A stretch of 48,561 bases of DNA, from the UHGV virus genome UHGV-0105325; one strand, given 5' to 3'. The notes under the pieces were generated by a model. It searched no databases, was not told the DNA's origin, and was given only the letters and a program-made list of their open reading frames with translations. The translations under genes were made by a program, and so were the position numbers. How positions within the stretch are numbered: position 1 is the first letter of the stretch; the number at the start of each line of letters is the position of its first letter. Below are positions 1 through 8,255 of the stretch, piece by piece. The DNA comes from a virus.

Positions 1-27
1 CAATATAATTACAGTGTACTACCGTAT

Positions 28-55
28 AATTTCATTCCGATCAAAAAGTGAACAA
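28..55. repeat. 28-bp direct repeat (aatttcattccgatcaaaaagtgaacaa), copy near the left window end; second copy at 48524-48551
   Basis: Exact 28-bp identity seen in the sequence. Flanking bases differ between the two copies. The last window bases (ctttgtagta) resemble the region 34975-34988 upstream of the second long repeat, consistent with a permuted circular map. Confidence 0.7.
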
Positions 56-97
56 TTACCCGAAAATACCCCCATCCAACCACAACCACAGGGGTAT

Positions 98-353
98 GAA
101 TTTTACTTTCACAATCAACGACTTAAGCCGCATATCCGAATACCCCCGACATTTTCGCTTCTTCTTCCCTATAAACTATATAAACTATACGTTATGTATT
201 ATACTACATTTATATTATATATTATATACTTTCTATTACTACTAATTACTATTTTATAAGGGTATAAGGGTAATAAGTAGTAAGTAACAGAAAACTAAAG
301 AGTTTTTGATACCCCGATGAAGTACCCCGAACGAGTTTCAACGGGGTGTGTGG
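98..353. repeat. Copy 1 of a ~255-bp (extended ~300 bp) AT-rich duplicated regulatory block upstream of the neck/tail operon
   Basis: About 93% identical to 35064-35317. Contains the 9-bp tandem tataaacta x2, taagggta x2, a TATA-rich stretch, and the hairpin ACCCCGAACGAGTTTcAACGGGGT about 50 nt before the first late gene. Confidence 0.85.
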
Positions 354-365
354 ATACTGGCGCAA

Positions 366-380
366 CGTTGTGTGATAATA
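366..380 (+). promoter_or_regulatory. Candidate extended -10 promoter element (TGtGATAAT) immediately downstream of repeat copy 1
   Basis: TGnGATAAT at about 371-379 with a weak -35. Lies between the repeat and the ATG at 403. Confidence 0.3.
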
Positions 381-402
381 GCTTGACAAATGAGGACACA
401 CT

Positions 403-906
403 ATGTCAGTCAACATCAAAGCGCTGCAGCAAGCCAAACAGGCAATACGTTCGAAACTGGAGCAATACGCTAAAGTCAGTCAGAAGACTGTGACTGTCGG
501 CATCCATTCGGACGCAGGTGAGCATCCTGACTCCGGTATGACAAATGCCCAGCTTGGCGCATTGCTGAATTACGGTAACCCCGATAACAAGTTATACGGT
601 AATCCCGCACCTATCCCGCCTCGACCCTGGCTGATACCCGGCGTACAGAGCGGTAAGCAGGATATCGTGGACACCATCGCTCACGGCGTGGCTAATGATT
701 TACCGCTTGACCAGGTGCTTGAACAAGTGGGCGCATTCGCAGCCGGTGCGGTACAGCAATACATGACCGATTTACAGCAACCGCCAAACAGTGCATACAC
801 TGTCGCTCAAAAGGGTTCCAGTAATCCACTTATCAGCACAGGCGCTTTACGGGCGAGCGTGACGTACAAGGTCACCAACGAAAAACCTGACGAGGGTATC
901 TTATGA
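403..906 (+). CDS. hypothetical virion protein (first gene of neck/tail operon)
   Basis: 167-aa ORF with GAGGA RBS 7 nt upstream. Its stop overlaps the next start (ATGA). No motif recognised. Confidence 0.6.
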   Translation: MSVNIKALQQAKQAIRSKLEQYAKVSQKTVTVGIHSDAGEHPDSGMTNAQLGALLNYGNPDNKLYGNPAPIPPRPWLIPGVQSGKQDIVDTIAHGVANDLPLDQVLEQVGAFAAGAVQQYMTDLQQPPNSAYTVAQKGSSNPLISTGALRASVTYKVTNEKPDEGIL

Positions 907-1256
907 GTCTGTCAATGCGTGGTCATATTGACAACGTGTTTAAATCTGTACCGGCGACACACGTGGGTAAATCTGGCTCACACGTGGACGGTATCTGGAC
1001 ACCCGTGACATCCGCACCAGTTGCATTCATGGTGAACATTCAGCCACTGAACGACAAGGAAATTGATTTCTTGCAACAAGGTGGTCAGCGCATCGTTGAC
1101 CCACGTAAAATATACGTTAACAATGGTGACCTCGACTCAATTGCACTCGATGGTGAATGGGTGTTCCTGGGTCAGCGCTGGAAAGTTATTCGCACCGACA
1201 ATCGCCCGTGGCGTAAATACTGTAAGGTAATCGTGGACCGCTATGACCAACAATGA
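903..1256 (+). CDS. hypothetical virion protein
   Basis: 117-aa ORF translationally coupled to the flanking genes. Confidence 0.55.
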   Translation: MSLSMRGHIDNVFKSVPATHVGKSGSHVDGIWTPVTSAPVAFMVNIQPLNDKEIDFLQQGGQRIVDPRKIYVNNGDLDSIALDGEWVFLGQRWKVIRTDNRPWRKYCKVIVDRYDQQ

Positions 1257-1824
1257 AATCTTTGCGGCTCTCAGGCCGCATATACTCAACGTGACGGGCG
1301 TCAGCGAGTGTATCCTTGCCGACCCCAACGGACCGTCTCCGAACGGCCCCTACGCGTCTGTGCGTCCACGTCAGAGCATTCGTGAACGCGGTCAGGCGAA
1401 CATCATCATGACCGACGGCGCAAATGACACTATCGTGTATGAAATTCGCGCGCAGATTGTCGCATCCTGTGAAATTAATTTCTTCCGTGGTGAAGCAATG
1501 CGGTACGCCGAAATGCTGAAGGAATGTCACAAGCGCCCGGACGTGTGCTGGCCCCTGTGGCAAAAGGGGATTGGATGGGGTGGGACTGAACCTGTTAATA
1601 ACCTGACAGCGCTGCAAGCCAGTAATTTCGAAGAACGGTCACAGATAACCATCAAGTTGTTATACGAGTCGGTCAATACGGTAACTGTGAATAACATTCG
1701 CCGGGTACCGTTCAGCATCGCCGACGGTAACGCCGAAGTCTATTTCGAGAACGGAACGGTCCAATTACGTCACGTGGAAACAGAATCCGGTATACTCTAT
1801 CAATCCGGTGAAATTTCGATATAA
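1243..1824 (+). CDS. hypothetical virion protein (tail-proximal)
   Basis: 193-aa ORF directly upstream of the sheath-like gene. Confidence 0.55.
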   Translation: MTNNEIFAALRPHILNVTGVSECILADPNGPSPNGPYASVRPRQSIRERGQANIIMTDGANDTIVYEIRAQIVASCEINFFRGEAMRYAEMLKECHKRPDVCWPLWQKGIGWGGTEPVNNLTALQASNFEERSQITIKLLYESVNTVTVNNIRRVPFSIADGNAEVYFENGTVQLRHVETESGILYQSGEISI

Positions 1825-1866
1825 TGGACGAGGTGTGCACACTGCAACTTACGAGGACTCGTAAAC

Positions 1867-3000
1867 ATGTTTCCAATTGAACAAATTATCCCCATTACAA
1901 CCCGGATTTCTCCGGCGGGATTAAGTACAGCAAACTTCGCTTCTGCGATGTTGTTTGCTAATAAGACCGAACTCCCGAGCGGCTTCACCAAAGACACGGT
2001 GCGTACCTACTATTCCACCTCGTCTCTCGCCGCTGACTTCGCTCCCACAACCGAGACGTACAAGGCTGGTGCCAAATTCCTTGGCTCCACTCCGGCGGTA
2101 CCGAAACTCACCGTGTGGGGTACCGCGGACGATGATACCGACATCAAAACAACGCTGGCTAAGGCGTTCAACAAACATTACTGGTACTGGACTCTTGTCA
2201 CCAAAGATGTACTGGCGACGGAGGCCGACGTACTGGCGATTGCATCGTGGTGTGAAGAGAACAGCGTCATGTTCCCTAACAGTCAGACCGGTGAAGCCGT
2301 GGTTAAAATTCGTAACCCGGACGCCGATGATGACATCTGTTCGAAGCTGAATAAACTGGGCTATCGTCACGCATTCACCGTGGCTCACGCAACCGACCCG
2401 TATGCGGCCTATGCGCTCATCAAGCATTCTGCCTCGGTGAATTACAGTGCCGATAACAGCACTATTGACACTGAGTTTAAGAAATCTCCGGGTGTTGCCG
2501 CCGAAGACCTGTCCGACACAGAACAGAACGCGATGGTCACCAAACGTTGCGCATTCTACAGCGTGCTTGACCTACAGGGGAGCACCGACAGCGGTCGCTG
2601 GCTGCAGACGTGGTCGCACAGTACCTACGGTGAGTCCATTTCCGACATCGTCGATTTGGACGCGTTTGTGAACTCTCTGCGTGTGGAACTGTACAATACC
2701 ATTGTCAACCAGACCACTAAACTCCCGCAGACTCCGGTTGGTCAGGAAGCGCTCATCGGTGCGGCCAAACGTGTGGGTAGACAATATATTCGCAACCGTT
2801 ATCTCGGCCCACGCAATTACATCAGTCCCGACACCGGTCTGGAAGCGTACACCGAGGGATTCGAAGTGCTGACTAAAGCGACGGATATTCTCGACCTGTC
2901 CGATTCTGACCGCGCGGCACGCAAGTCTGCACCGATTAACATGCGTGTGTTCAAAGCTGGTAGCGTCAGAATCTGTGACGTCATAGTTGACGTTTATTGA
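1867..3000 (+). CDS. tail sheath-like protein (DUF3383-type small sheath)
   Basis: 377 aa, immediately followed by a 138-aa tube-like gene. The order sheath-tube-chaperones-tape measure is typical of contractile tails. Assignment is by context and size, not by search. Confidence 0.5.
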   Translation: MFPIEQIIPITTRISPAGLSTANFASAMLFANKTELPSGFTKDTVRTYYSTSSLAADFAPTTETYKAGAKFLGSTPAVPKLTVWGTADDDTDIKTTLAKAFNKHYWYWTLVTKDVLATEADVLAIASWCEENSVMFPNSQTGEAVVKIRNPDADDDICSKLNKLGYRHAFTVAHATDPYAAYALIKHSASVNYSADNSTIDTEFKKSPGVAAEDLSDTEQNAMVTKRCAFYSVLDLQGSTDSGRWLQTWSHSTYGESISDIVDLDAFVNSLRVELYNTIVNQTTKLPQTPVGQEALIGAAKRVGRQYIRNRYLGPRNYISPDTGLEAYTEGFEVLTKATDILDLSDSDRAARKSAPINMRVFKAGSVRICDVIVDVY

Positions 3001-3013
3001 TGGAGGATGACAG

Positions 3014-3430
3014 ATGTCATTAGAAAATTTTTCCACAAGTAATATGGTGGTTACAATCGGGGGAAGAATTATAACGGACTGGGGTGAGTCTGACCCACCG
3101 TATACCGATGAGCCGATTGACGCGTCAACTGTGTTACGTCGTGGCCTGGGTGGTAATGCTATTCGTCTGGACCGTATCAACCCGGGTCGTCGTGTCACAC
3201 TGAACCTAAACCCTGGTTCGGCTGACTCCGCGTATATTAACGGACTGTTTCAGAGTAAGGCCAACATCGAGTTGACCTATACTCAAATCGGCACACTTGA
3301 CGCCGCTGTGGGCACAGAAGGTGTGATTGTGAATGATGGTCCGCGTGGGCGCGGTGGTCAGACAATTACCGATGACCAGTGGGTTTTCGAGTTCAATTCA
3401 TGGACTGCGACAAAGGGTCCAGCAAGCTAA
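3014..3430 (+). CDS. tail tube-like protein
   Basis: 138 aa, follows the sheath-like gene and precedes a terminator. Confidence 0.5.
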   Translation: MSLENFSTSNMVVTIGGRIITDWGESDPPYTDEPIDASTVLRRGLGGNAIRLDRINPGRRVTLNLNPGSADSAYINGLFQSKANIELTYTQIGTLDAAVGTEGVIVNDGPRGRGGQTITDDQWVFEFNSWTATKGPAS

Positions 3431-3431
3431 G

Positions 3432-3458
3432 TGAAAGGGGCCATCAGGCCCCTTTTCT
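3432..3458. terminator. rho-independent terminator hairpin (aggggccatcaggcccctttt), usable in both directions
   Basis: GC stem plus T-run between the convergent tube gene and the endonuclease gene. Confidence 0.7.
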
Positions 3459-4892
3459 CCACATGTATTTTTTAGTTCCCGAATTTTCCGTAATCAAACA
3501 ACCCGCCTCATCCATCATTTGACGTTGAGTCTTTTTCTTGGAAAATACCGACGGGTCAACCCCTAACTTACTTAGCGTTTTTGGGATGTTAATCTTCCAC
3601 CATTGTTGCCGACTCATGAAACCCACTTTCCGGTGCCATATTCTGAATGATGTGACCGAATCATCAACCAGTTCGAATCCTGAGTTTTCATAACTTGACC
3701 CGTCGAAATAGTCACAATCTACGAACGATTGGCACCATTGCATATTTAGAGCCGCGGCCGCGTGTTTGAACAGCTTGGACTGACCACCTCTGACCATACA
3801 ACTCGTGGCATAACGTACCATATCGAATCCACCCTCAGCAATTTGGTTAAATGTCATAACTGCGACGATTTGACCGGATTTATGGGTGAGTGCGAAATTA
3901 TGTGAGGCCCGAGCATAGCCCTGAACGTGATGTTCAATCAGGAACTTCCGGGCATCTTTGCCGGGGATATTCACAATCTTACAGTCGCGAGCGTTGACTC
4001 TCACATCTTCGGAGTGCCCCGTGGCGTTTTTTATGATTCGCGTAATGATTGGTTTTTTATCTTTCCAGTCTTGTTCTGATATTGATATCAATCTATACCC
4101 AACACTGTTAGTTCTGATACGTTTGTTTTTGTGATATCCCCTCGGTCGTTTCTGCAGGCTGTGCCAGTATGTGCCATTGAATTCTATTGCCACTTTTGAA
4201 GCGTGGTCCACTATGTCGAGTTCTTGAGGTGCGATTAGTGAGCGATTCGAAATGTCAACATCGCCGATTAGCGACTGTATTTCCACTTCGAAACTTGATG
4301 GTCCCACGTTCGCGCATTTGGGGCAACCCACCCCGTAAGCATGCTGAAACGCAATCGGTGTGAAGTCTCCGTGTTTTTCGCATGTAACTACAATTTTGTC
4401 GCCAGATTTGGTGTATGATGTTTTGTCATAGGTATATGGACTACCACTGTCTTTCATTTTTTGGACGAATGATTCCGTATCGTATTTCCCACCTTGTTTG
4501 CACTTGGGACAACCTTGCCCCGTGGTGCAGTGTGCAGATGGAGTCTGGTAGAAATCTCCATGAGTGGGACAGGTGATTCTCATCTTTGTACGGGTGTCAA
4601 CATATGTTTCGGGGTGGTACTCATATTTATTTCCGTGTTTCTCTTTGGCGCGGTCGAGCATTTCAGAAACAGACTTCCGTTTGTTCGTATTTTTAATTTT
4701 TTTTGCACATTCTGGGCAGTTGCTGCCATTAGTGTGGTCTGCTGCAATCTGTAAGAAATCCCCGTGAATGCGGCATTTTATCCGAACTGTGTTCGCCTTA
4801 CCCGTGTAAACTACCCCCGTGTAATCGTACCTGTCACCGTGTACAGATTTGGCCTTATTGACGTATTCTTCGGTTGTCAACTTTTTGGACAC
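3444..4892 (-). CDS. homing-endonuclease-like protein: 3 zinc-ribbon repeats (CxxHGxF...GCPxC) + C-terminal Vsr/PD-(D/E)XK-like nuclease domain
   Basis: GTG start with GGGAGGAG RBS. Three copies of the repeat unit at aa 7-64, 72-133 and 138-195. C-terminus AIEFNGTYWHS...RIRTNSVGYRLISISEQDW resembles the Vsr/DUF559 core. Family assignment is by resemblance. Confidence 0.6.
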   Translation of the reverse strand: MSKKLTTEEYVNKAKSVHGDRYDYTGVVYTGKANTVRIKCRIHGDFLQIAADHTNGSNCPECAKKIKNTNKRKSVSEMLDRAKEKHGNKYEYHPETYVDTRTKMRITCPTHGDFYQTPSAHCTTGQGCPKCKQGGKYDTESFVQKMKDSGSPYTYDKTSYTKSGDKIVVTCEKHGDFTPIAFQHAYGVGCPKCANVGPSSFEVEIQSLIGDVDISNRSLIAPQELDIVDHASKVAIEFNGTYWHSLQKRPRGYHKNKRIRTNSVGYRLISISEQDWKDKKPIITRIIKNATGHSEDVRVNARDCKIVNIPGKDARKFLIEHHVQGYARASHNFALTHKSGQIVAVMTFNQIAEGGFDMVRYATSCMVRGGQSKLFKHAAAALNMQWCQSFVDCDYFDGSSYENSGFELVDDSVTSFRIWHRKVGFMSRQQWWKINIPKTLSKLGVDPSVFSKKKTQRQMMDEAGCLITENSGTKKYMWRKGA

Positions 4893-4957
4893 GTTCTCCT
4901 CCCTCTCATGATGACCAACGTGTTTCGATTGAATAATACACGCGCTACATAGTCAAA
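3457..4957 (-). mobile_element. free-standing endonuclease gene cassette bounded by imperfect 43-bp direct repeats (3414-3456 and 4958-5000)
   Basis: The repeats aagggtcc(a/g)gcaag(c/t)taa(g/a)tgaaaggggcc(a/g)tcaggcccctt differ at 4 positions. The left copy is the 3' end of the tube gene plus its terminator. The cassette is AT-richer than its neighbours. Confidence 0.45.
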
Positions 4958-4977
4958 ACAAGGGTCCGGCAAGTTAA

Positions 4978-5002
4978 ATGAAAGGGGCCGTCAGGCCCCT
5001 TA
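4978..5002. terminator. hairpin aaaggggccgtcaggcccctt (duplicate of the tube-gene terminator)
   Basis: Near-identical to the 3432-3458 hairpin. Lies downstream of leftward gene 5004-5546. Confidence 0.5.
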
Positions 5003-5003
5003 G

Positions 5004-5546
5004 TTATTTCTGGTCAAGCATGTCGGACTGATAACGTTCGAGCTTGACGTATTCCTGCACAGACCATCCCATTGCTCTAAAGTCCGATGCCTCAGCAGCA
5101 TCAGTGGAGTAAGTGGTCCTTCTACCACCTGGAACTGAAATCCCGTACAGGTCGGCGACTGGCTTAATCTGCGCAACTGGTGTGGTACCCTCACGAATGA
5201 GGGTACCATCGACTTTACCCCGCAGCATGGCGGCTCGGCAGGATTCATCCTCGCCAAATATAGCCGCCTCCATTACATCAATAGCTTGCGATGGCGAGTG
5301 TGAATATTTATCGAAGGTTGGACCTTTGATGCGCTGTGCGATTTTGAACAGTCGTTTTTCTTGCGCGTGATACAAATCACTTAGTCGCTGATATCTCTCA
5401 TCGGGCTCACTACCCATCGTCGCCAGGAGCATCTCATACGCTTGAAGCGTGTACTCACCACTCATCGACAACTGACCTTGCTCATCTTTTATTTTGCACA
5501 GTCGGTCGATTTGTACAATCAGGTTTTCTTTTGTCACTCTTCTCAT
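5004..5546 (-). CDS. hypothetical protein
   Basis: 180-aa ORF with GGAGT RBS. Second gene of the leftward cassette driven from the promoter at 5850-5886. Confidence 0.6.
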   Translation of the reverse strand: MRRVTKENLIVQIDRLCKIKDEQGQLSMSGEYTLQAYEMLLATMGSEPDERYQRLSDLYHAQEKRLFKIAQRIKGPTFDKYSHSPSQAIDVMEAAIFGEDESCRAAMLRGKVDGTLIREGTTPVAQIKPVADLYGISVPGGRRTTYSTDAAEASDFRAMGWSVQEYVKLERYQSDMLDQK

Positions 5547-5827
5547 TTTCTTTTACTCCGAATGTGAAAGTCTGCCTTATCCATCATGTCTTTACGCCAG
5601 CAAACTCCGGTACCCATATATGCCGGGTCATCACTTTCCGCATAACCAAACTCGTTTTCATGATACGTGCAAATCGTGTCGGTCTGCCCGTCATAAATCC
5701 TGAATTGCTCACCCTGTGCAGCGTCGGTGCTGTTGCAGTAGATTGTTGCCGACAGTGCCGCAGCCATGATGACTGCCAACTGAATTTTAAATTTGCGCCA
5801 TGCTTTACGGTCTTGTTCACGAATCAT
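5543..5827 (-). CDS. small membrane/secreted protein
   Basis: Start placed at MIREQD (AGGAG RBS) downstream of the promoter. Has one hydrophobic segment LAVIMAAALSATIY. Overlaps the next gene by 4 nt. Confidence 0.5.
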   Translation of the reverse strand: MIREQDRKAWRKFKIQLAVIMAAALSATIYCNSTDAAQGEQFRIYDGQTDTICTYHENEFGYAESDDPAYMGTGVCWRKDMMDKADFHIRSKRK

Positions 5828-5849
5828 TTTGCATCTCCTGTTGTTGATA

Positions 5850-5886
5850 TGACTAACTCTACACCATCTTGACGTACCCGTCAACA
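5850..5886 (-). promoter_or_regulatory. early promoter with TGACG-N4-CGTCA palindrome (core 5870-5883); -35 TTGACG, 17-bp spacer, -10 TAGAGT
   Basis: Read on the minus strand: TTGACGggtacgtcaagatggtgTAGAGT, then the conserved leader ...atcaacaacaggag and ATG. Confidence 0.7.
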
Positions 5887-5944
5887 ATTGATTGATGATT
5901 TCGTCAAGTGTACACTGTAACGACTAACAACCGGAGAAATAACA

Positions 5945-6319
5945 ATGTCACTCATTAAAACTTTTACCGCTGGCGATATCACCGTGAACGCCGCGATGCC
6001 TTCCGCAATTGAGCAGGATGAACTGTTATCCCTGGTGAGCGCACAGTTTATTGCGCACGCTGCCAATGTTTACAAAAACGGCGGTGAACTCGGTGTCAAA
6101 GATGTAACACTGTTGCTTACCGCTGTACCCCATCATATCAAGCAACGCATTGCTGAGGTGCTCCTGAGCAAAGCGATGACAGCGGGTACCAACACGAAAA
6201 TCACAGTGAATGATTTCCCCGGTAAGATGATGACGCTGAATACTCTGCTGGCCGAATTGTTTCTGTGGGTTTACTCTGATTTTTTCGATTACGTGCAAAA
6301 CGCAAACAAAGACGAGTAA
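5945..6319 (+). CDS. hypothetical protein (possible tail assembly chaperone by position)
   Basis: 124-aa ORF between the tube gene and the tape-measure gene. Confidence 0.5.
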   Translation: MSLIKTFTAGDITVNAAMPSAIEQDELLSLVSAQFIAHAANVYKNGGELGVKDVTLLLTAVPHHIKQRIAEVLLSKAMTAGTNTKITVNDFPGKMMTLNTLLAELFLWVYSDFFDYVQNANKDE

Positions 6320-6505
6320 AAGACACCGGGCGACCCAGCCCGGTCAACTGGTACTTCATGCGGGTTTGCACAGGTATCGAGGGAGTGTGCCCACCTCTTT
6401 GTACATGGGCACAGTTAAAAGATGGTACAATATCGCTTGCTGAAGTCGAACAATTTCACTTTGCGATGGATGAATTGCAGGGTAAGTATATTGAGGCGAT
6501 AAACA

Positions 6506-6802
6506 ATGCAAGAAATTCCCCTAAATAACGGCGCGGCTAACGCCCATCAGACCTTCACGGTCAAGCTGGGTGATAACGTTCTCGACTTTGCGCTGGATTA
6601 CATCAGCTATACCGACAAGCCCGCGTGGACAATGACTGTCTCACAGGATGGTGTTAACTACATCACCGGTGCAATGCTTGTTCCAAACGCTGATGTCAGT
6701 AAAGCATACCGCGCCGGACTGGGTCGCTTCTTCTTTGTGGGTGATGAGGTGACCATTGACAACCTCGGCGTCGATAACCATCTTCTGTGGGTGCCTGAAT
6801 AA
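6506..6802 (+). CDS. hypothetical protein (possible tail assembly chaperone by position)
   Basis: 98-aa ORF ending at the tape-measure start (ATGA-type coupling). Confidence 0.5.
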   Translation: MQEIPLNNGAANAHQTFTVKLGDNVLDFALDYISYTDKPAWTMTVSQDGVNYITGAMLVPNADVSKAYRAGLGRFFFVGDEVTIDNLGVDNHLLWVPE

Positions 6803-8253
6803 TGGCTAATGTGATTACGCAGTTTCTGGTCGGTCTCGGTATCTCTTACGATGGTAAAGGTGCTGAACAGGCTGAAAAAGATATCGACAATCTCGGCAAA
6901 TCGGCAGAGCAAGCCGGTAGTCAGATGGACGATGTCGGCAAGTCCCTCGACAAGGGCGTCAAAACCGGTGTAGAAAATTCAAAATCACGCATTATGAGTC
7001 TGGTCACCACATTCAAAGCTGCCGGACTTGCGATGTCCGGTGTTGCCGCGGGTGTCGGTGCAGCGTGGGCGTTTGAGTCGAAAAAAGCGCAACAGGCTTA
7101 CGACCTAAACAACCAGCTTGTAACTAGTCAGTTCGGTCCAACTGAGGTTTACGGACTTGGCGCATTAGCCGAACAGCGTGGGGGTGACCGGCAGGCAACG
7201 ACAAACAGCCTTTTAAACATTGAGCGTGGGATTAACCGCATTCAGACCGGTGACGTCGGGATGATTCAGCAACTGGCGGTTGCGGGAATCCGTGTCGATA
7301 ATCCCACGGGGCGTACACGCGAGGATATTTACAGTGACATCGCCGGGCAGTTCCAGCGCCTCGATATGACGCGTCAGAGCAACGTAGCGGATATTTTAGG
7401 CCTCGACCCGGCCACCGTCAGAGTATGGCAGGAGTTCGGCGCTACAACGCTGGAAGTGTCAAAAGCCCGTGCCGCTGAAATGGGGTACACTGAACAGCAC
7501 AATGCCGCGCTGAACGCAATCAATCAGACTATGATTGACACTCAACAAAAGTTCGAGAGTCTGGGTAACACCATTGCCGACATGCTCGTACCAGATATTA
7601 CCAGTCTGAGTAATACCATATCCGGTGTCGTAGGTAGACTTGATAACTGGTTGAAAACCAGCTCCTTTGGGAAAGATGTGTCCGAACACGGGATATATAA
7701 GGCATATGAAAATGCAATGCAGTCCATCCCGTGGATTAAGAAAATGGATGACTGGATTAACAACTTGGGTACAAATGCCAATGATGCGACAATTAATAAT
7801 AAATCATCCACTGTTGAAACTCCTGCCTGGGGTGGTACACCGTTCTGGGCAAAGCGGGAGAATTGGGTCAACGATTCTGATAACAGAACGGTAGATGATG
7901 ACACACTCTCCGCATTACGTCGAAATAATTCACTGTATAACCCGGTCAATAACCACATCGTCAATAACACAACGAATACTGAGCAACTCCCACAGCGGGA
8001 GAATTCATCTCCGGTTAACGACGGTTCATACGGTGCCGAAGTGAGTCCGGTGACTGATAACTATGCGCAGCAAAGTCGGCAGATGAGTCGGATTATGGAG
8101 TCCATAAACCGTCCGATTCAACTTAACGGCAATTTCACCACACAGGGCGACGTAATACTGGATGGTAACGCAATTGGTCGTTATACCGTCAACCATCTTG
8201 AGACGCAGGTATATCCGCAGGCAATTGACCAGACCCGGCAAAGGAGTTACTGA
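6802..8253 (+). CDS. tail tape measure protein
   Basis: 483 aa, Ala/Gly/Gln-rich and helical, lying between chaperone-position genes and baseplate genes. Confidence 0.6.
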   Translation: MANVITQFLVGLGISYDGKGAEQAEKDIDNLGKSAEQAGSQMDDVGKSLDKGVKTGVENSKSRIMSLVTTFKAAGLAMSGVAAGVGAAWAFESKKAQQAYDLNNQLVTSQFGPTEVYGLGALAEQRGGDRQATTNSLLNIERGINRIQTGDVGMIQQLAVAGIRVDNPTGRTREDIYSDIAGQFQRLDMTRQSNVADILGLDPATVRVWQEFGATTLEVSKARAAEMGYTEQHNAALNAINQTMIDTQQKFESLGNTIADMLVPDITSLSNTISGVVGRLDNWLKTSSFGKDVSEHGIYKAYENAMQSIPWIKKMDDWINNLGTNANDATINNKSSTVETPAWGGTPFWAKRENWVNDSDNRTVDDDTLSALRRNNSLYNPVNNHIVNNTTNTEQLPQRENSSPVNDGSYGAEVSPVTDNYAQQSRQMSRIMESINRPIQLNGNFTTQGDVILDGNAIGRYTVNHLETQVYPQAIDQTRQRSY

Positions 8254-8255
8254 CA

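Noticed and set aside
14-437. Track ORFs 14-259 (+), 48-245 (+), 249-437 (-)
   Set aside because: They lie entirely within the AT-rich duplicated regulatory block. They have low-complexity Tyr/Ile/Leu composition, no RBS, and equivalent ORFs are not conserved in copy 2.
1921-2872. Long antisense or alternative-frame ORFs inside the sheath gene (1921-2427 -, 1955-2350 +, 2572-3198 -, 2447-2671 +)
   Set aside because: They are embedded in a well-supported long ORF, have Arg/Pro/Ser-rich composition typical of out-of-frame GC-rich reading, and lack RBSs.
6358-6802. Canonical -1 programmed frameshift chaperone pair (G/GT-like)
   Set aside because: The downstream ORF is in the +1 frame relative to the upstream small ORF, and no XXXYYYZ slippery site is present.
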